Below are positions 61,389 to 64,000 of a stretch of DNA of 64,000 nt, in pieces. The notes beneath the pieces were generated by a model. That model did not search any database. It had not been told where the DNA came from and saw only the letters and a program-made list of their open reading frames with translations. Positions within the stretch are counted from its first letter, which is position 1. Every line of letters starts with the position of its first letter. This stretch comes from Escherichia phage HX01. The stretch is taken from sequence record NC_018855.1, one strand, 5' to 3'. The position numbers and the translations under genes were made by a program.

Positions 61389-61412
61389 AAAATAAGATTT
61401 AATCAATTAAGA

Positions 61413-62981
61413 TTAGATGCCTTTTACATATACACGGCGGAAGTAAGCGTTCTTACCAAGGCTGTTCAGGATAGACGGCATACCGGACTGGATGCGAGCA
61501 CCTGGAGCCTGCAGGGAACTTTCAGCAAACGGGTTAACACCGATACCGTAACGAGTTTTAAAGCCCATTACCGGCTGGAAGTTCTTAGGATCGGAACCAC
61601 GCAGTGGGGTAAGTGCAACGTAAGGAGCATAGTAAATACCTGCATCCATTTCGTTAGCGCCTTTGTAACCAACGGTGAAGTAATCCTGTTTAGCATACTG
61701 GTCGATGTATACGCGGTATTTACCACCAAGTACACCGGCAAATACGGACTTAGTAGTGTCGGTATTAAAACCAGAAGCCAGACCCTGTGCAGCATAAGAA
61801 ATACCAGTATCAACTGAAGCCAGTACGTTAACTACGTTACGGGAAGCGATAATGAAGTTACCTTCACCACGACCGGTTTGACGAGCAATTTCAACTGCTT
61901 CTTTATCAATCTGGAACAACAGAGATTTAAAGCTTTCACCGGCCCAACGAGCACCACGGATATCAATCGGGTCCTGGAAGTCAAATACACCAGCTTTAGA
62001 ACCCGGAGTCAGGGTCATACCAGATTTACCAACCTGTGCTGAGTAGTTAATCCAATCAACAACTTCACGGTTGATTTCTAGCATAATTTCTGTAGCCAGA
62101 ATACCGCTCAGTTCAGCATCAGCATCCATACCGTGTACTGCACGGAGGTCTTGTGCTAATTCGATAGAGTAAGCAGCTTTCAGCTGGCGAGATTTAGCTT
62201 CAATAACTTGTTTATCGATACGGAAGCCCATTTCATTCCATGGGTTATCGGTAGAACCGTTGAAACCTTCCTGGAGTTCAGCGATAGAAGTAGCCATACC
62301 TTCAGCGATTTCTACCAGTGCACCAGCTTCCATTTGTTTCTTAACTTCTGCATCTAATTTAGCTGCATCAGTTGCACCAGAATCAAGTGTTACGATAGCA
62401 GAAGCTTGCAGATATACAGTACCAGTTTCTTGGAAGAAGTGAGTATAGATATCACCTACAACAGTAGTAGTGTCAGCAGCCAGAGCTGGGAATTTCTTAG
62501 CAGCACCCTGACCAGAGAACATCGCGTCTGGGGCATACATCGGATGGAAAGCTTCTTTAGCGCCAGCAGCGATAGGGTCTTTACCATATACTGCACGGAG
62601 AGCAAATACCTGACCGGTCGGGCTGTTCATAGGCTGAACACCACAAATATCAAAAGCGATCAGATTAGGAATAGCACGACGAACCATACCCATAACTGCC
62701 GGCCCAATTTGGGTTACTGCACCAGAGGTTTGACCTGCTGCGATGTTCTGAGCATTATAACCATGGTCACCACCAATTTCAGCTTCGGTCAAGAAAGAAC
62801 CAAATGCCTGAGCGATTTTCTCGTCTTTATATTCAGGGGATACTTCGAAATCTTTTTCCTGGTTTTCGAAGATTTTAGCGATAATAGCCTGCTTGCTATT
62901 AGCGATTTCCGGCAGGCCTTCACCTTCCAGCAGTTCTTTCCATTTGTCTACGAGCTGAGCTTTAGTTTTGATAGTAGTCAT
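61413..62981 (-). CDS. 23: major capsid protein gp23
   Basis: 522 aa (T4 gp23 521 aa); terminator hairpin after stop; synteny 22-23-24. Confidence 0.95.
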   Translation of the reverse strand: MTTIKTKAQLVDKWKELLEGEGLPEIANSKQAIIAKIFENQEKDFEVSPEYKDEKIAQAFGSFLTEAEIGGDHGYNAQNIAAGQTSGAVTQIGPAVMGMVRRAIPNLIAFDICGVQPMNSPTGQVFALRAVYGKDPIAAGAKEAFHPMYAPDAMFSGQGAAKKFPALAADTTTVVGDIYTHFFQETGTVYLQASAIVTLDSGATDAAKLDAEVKKQMEAGALVEIAEGMATSIAELQEGFNGSTDNPWNEMGFRIDKQVIEAKSRQLKAAYSIELAQDLRAVHGMDADAELSGILATEIMLEINREVVDWINYSAQVGKSGMTLTPGSKAGVFDFQDPIDIRGARWAGESFKSLLFQIDKEAVEIARQTGRGEGNFIIASRNVVNVLASVDTGISYAAQGLASGFNTDTTKSVFAGVLGGKYRVYIDQYAKQDYFTVGYKGANEMDAGIYYAPYVALTPLRGSDPKNFQPVMGFKTRYGIGVNPFAESSLQAPGARIQSGMPSILNSLGKNAYFRRVYVKGI

Positions 62982-62998
62982 TTGTGTTAACCTTTAAA

Positions 62999-63811
62999 TT
63001 AGAAACGAGATGCGACTTTCGCATATAAACTTACATTAGAATTCTGTTCTACCTGAGTTGTGGTAGTGTCAACTGCTTCGGCAACAAAATTAAGACCGGC
63101 AGCGTCATTGTCAACTGTATTTATACTTTCGGTAATAGCGGCTTCTTCTTTAGTAGAACCTTTAACCATTTCTACAATAGCAGTTAACTTAGTACCAAAT
63201 GCGTCAGAATAATCCATACCTTCAACCAGGCCAATAACTTTTTCTTTCTGAGATTCAGTCAGGTCTTTTACGCTTTCATTAATAGCGGTTTCACGCTGAA
63301 CGTAATTGATATATGCATCACGTTTGGTAACTTCTTCGAACAAACGAGCGGTTTCTTCTTTATGTTCGGCCAGCTCTTCTTCCATTTCTGCTACAACATC
63401 TACAGATTCTTCTGGAACAACAACGTTATGTTCAACAAACAGTTCTTTCAGACCACCAAGCATGGATTCGAACAAATCAGCTTTAATGCCTTTATCAACT
63501 GCGATTTGGTTTTCTGCGAGCCATTCTTTTGCAAGATGGTCTAGGAATTTAGAAGCTTGTTCAGCCAATTTTTTATCAGCTTTCTCTTCAGCATCTTCTT
63601 TAGCCTTTTCAACTTCTTCTTCGGCTTTTTCGGCGATGGCTTTGATATGAGATTCAGCCAGTTTGACTGCTTCCTGCTTAACGGTGGCTTCGAATACAGT
63701 GCTGAAATTAGCTTTAACGTCCGGAGACAGTTCTACTGATTCGAAAACACTATTAAGAGCAACTGAAGTCTCGATGTTCTGAGCTTCTTTCAAAAGTTGT
63801 TCTTTGATCAT
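62999..63811 (-). CDS. 22: prohead core scaffold protein gp22
   Basis: 270 aa (T4 gp22 269 aa), Glu/Lys/Ala-rich; late promoter upstream. Confidence 0.85.
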   Translation of the reverse strand: MIKEQLLKEAQNIETSVALNSVFESVELSPDVKANFSTVFEATVKQEAVKLAESHIKAIAEKAEEEVEKAKEDAEEKADKKLAEQASKFLDHLAKEWLAENQIAVDKGIKADLFESMLGGLKELFVEHNVVVPEESVDVVAEMEEELAEHKEETARLFEEVTKRDAYINYVQRETAINESVKDLTESQKEKVIGLVEGMDYSDAFGTKLTAIVEMVKGSTKEEAAITESINTVDNDAAGLNFVAEAVDTTTTQVEQNSNVSLYAKVASRF

Positions 63812-63842
63812 TTTAGTGTCCTGTGGTTTAGATTACATTATT

Positions 63843-63850
63843 ATTTATAA
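63843..63850 (-). promoter_or_regulatory. late promoter (TATAAATA) for gene 22
   Basis: Reverse complement of TATTTATA about 32 nt upstream of gene 22 start, overlapping the gene 21 stop codon. Confidence 0.65.
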
Positions 63851-64000
63851 TGCTTTTAAACTCTCTGCGAGAGCTTTAAATGCTTCATCAGCACTGTTTT
63901 TGGTGGTTTCCACCGAATTTTCTGATTCTGATATTTGTTTAGGAGTAACCCAAGCATCTGGAGCAGAAGGTCCCCATACGGCATCTACGCCGACGGTTAA
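63845..64000 (-). CDS. 21: prohead protease gp21, C-terminal 51 codons (5' end outside window)
   Basis: Minus-strand frame open from window end to TAA at 63845..63847, in phase with window edge; position upstream of gene 22. Confidence 0.55.
   Translation of the reverse strand, partial: LTVGVDAVWGPSAPDAWVTPKQISESENSVETTKNSADEAFKALAESLKAL

Overview
The window reads as one contiguous, densely packed segment of a T4-like (T-even, Tequatrovirus-type) myovirus genome. Identification is from gene order, protein lengths and visible motifs only; no database search was possible. Gene order: rIIA(partial)-rIIB-(denB)-ndd-52-motA-small early ORFs-(arn)-asiA on +; t-38-37-36-35-34 (holin and long tail fibre) on -; rnh-dsbA-33-59-32-frd-td-nrdA-nrdB-denA-rnlA-alc-spanins-pseT-small ORFs-DAHP synthase-cd-31-rIII-small ORFs-NADAR-like-HAD phosphatase-30(ligase)-alt on +; 54-48-29-28-27-51 (baseplate/tape measure) on -; 26-25-uvsY on +; uvsW on -; inh-hoc-rnlB on +; 24-23-22-21(partial) capsid genes on -. 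Regulatory signals are readable: a family of early promoters (-35 GTTTAC) often built into short inverted repeats, late promoters (TATAAATA), MotA-box middle promoters, UUCG-tetraloop terminator hairpins, and the gene 32 translational operator. No tRNA, CRISPR array, integrase or transposon was seen; td and nrdB are uninterrupted. The most notable non-core content is an AroG-type DAHP synthase translationally coupled to dCMP deaminase, an early-type ORF inserted between capsid genes 24 and 23, a NADAR/YbiA-like plus HAD-phosphatase pair, and several islands of small early ORFs each with its own promoter cassette.
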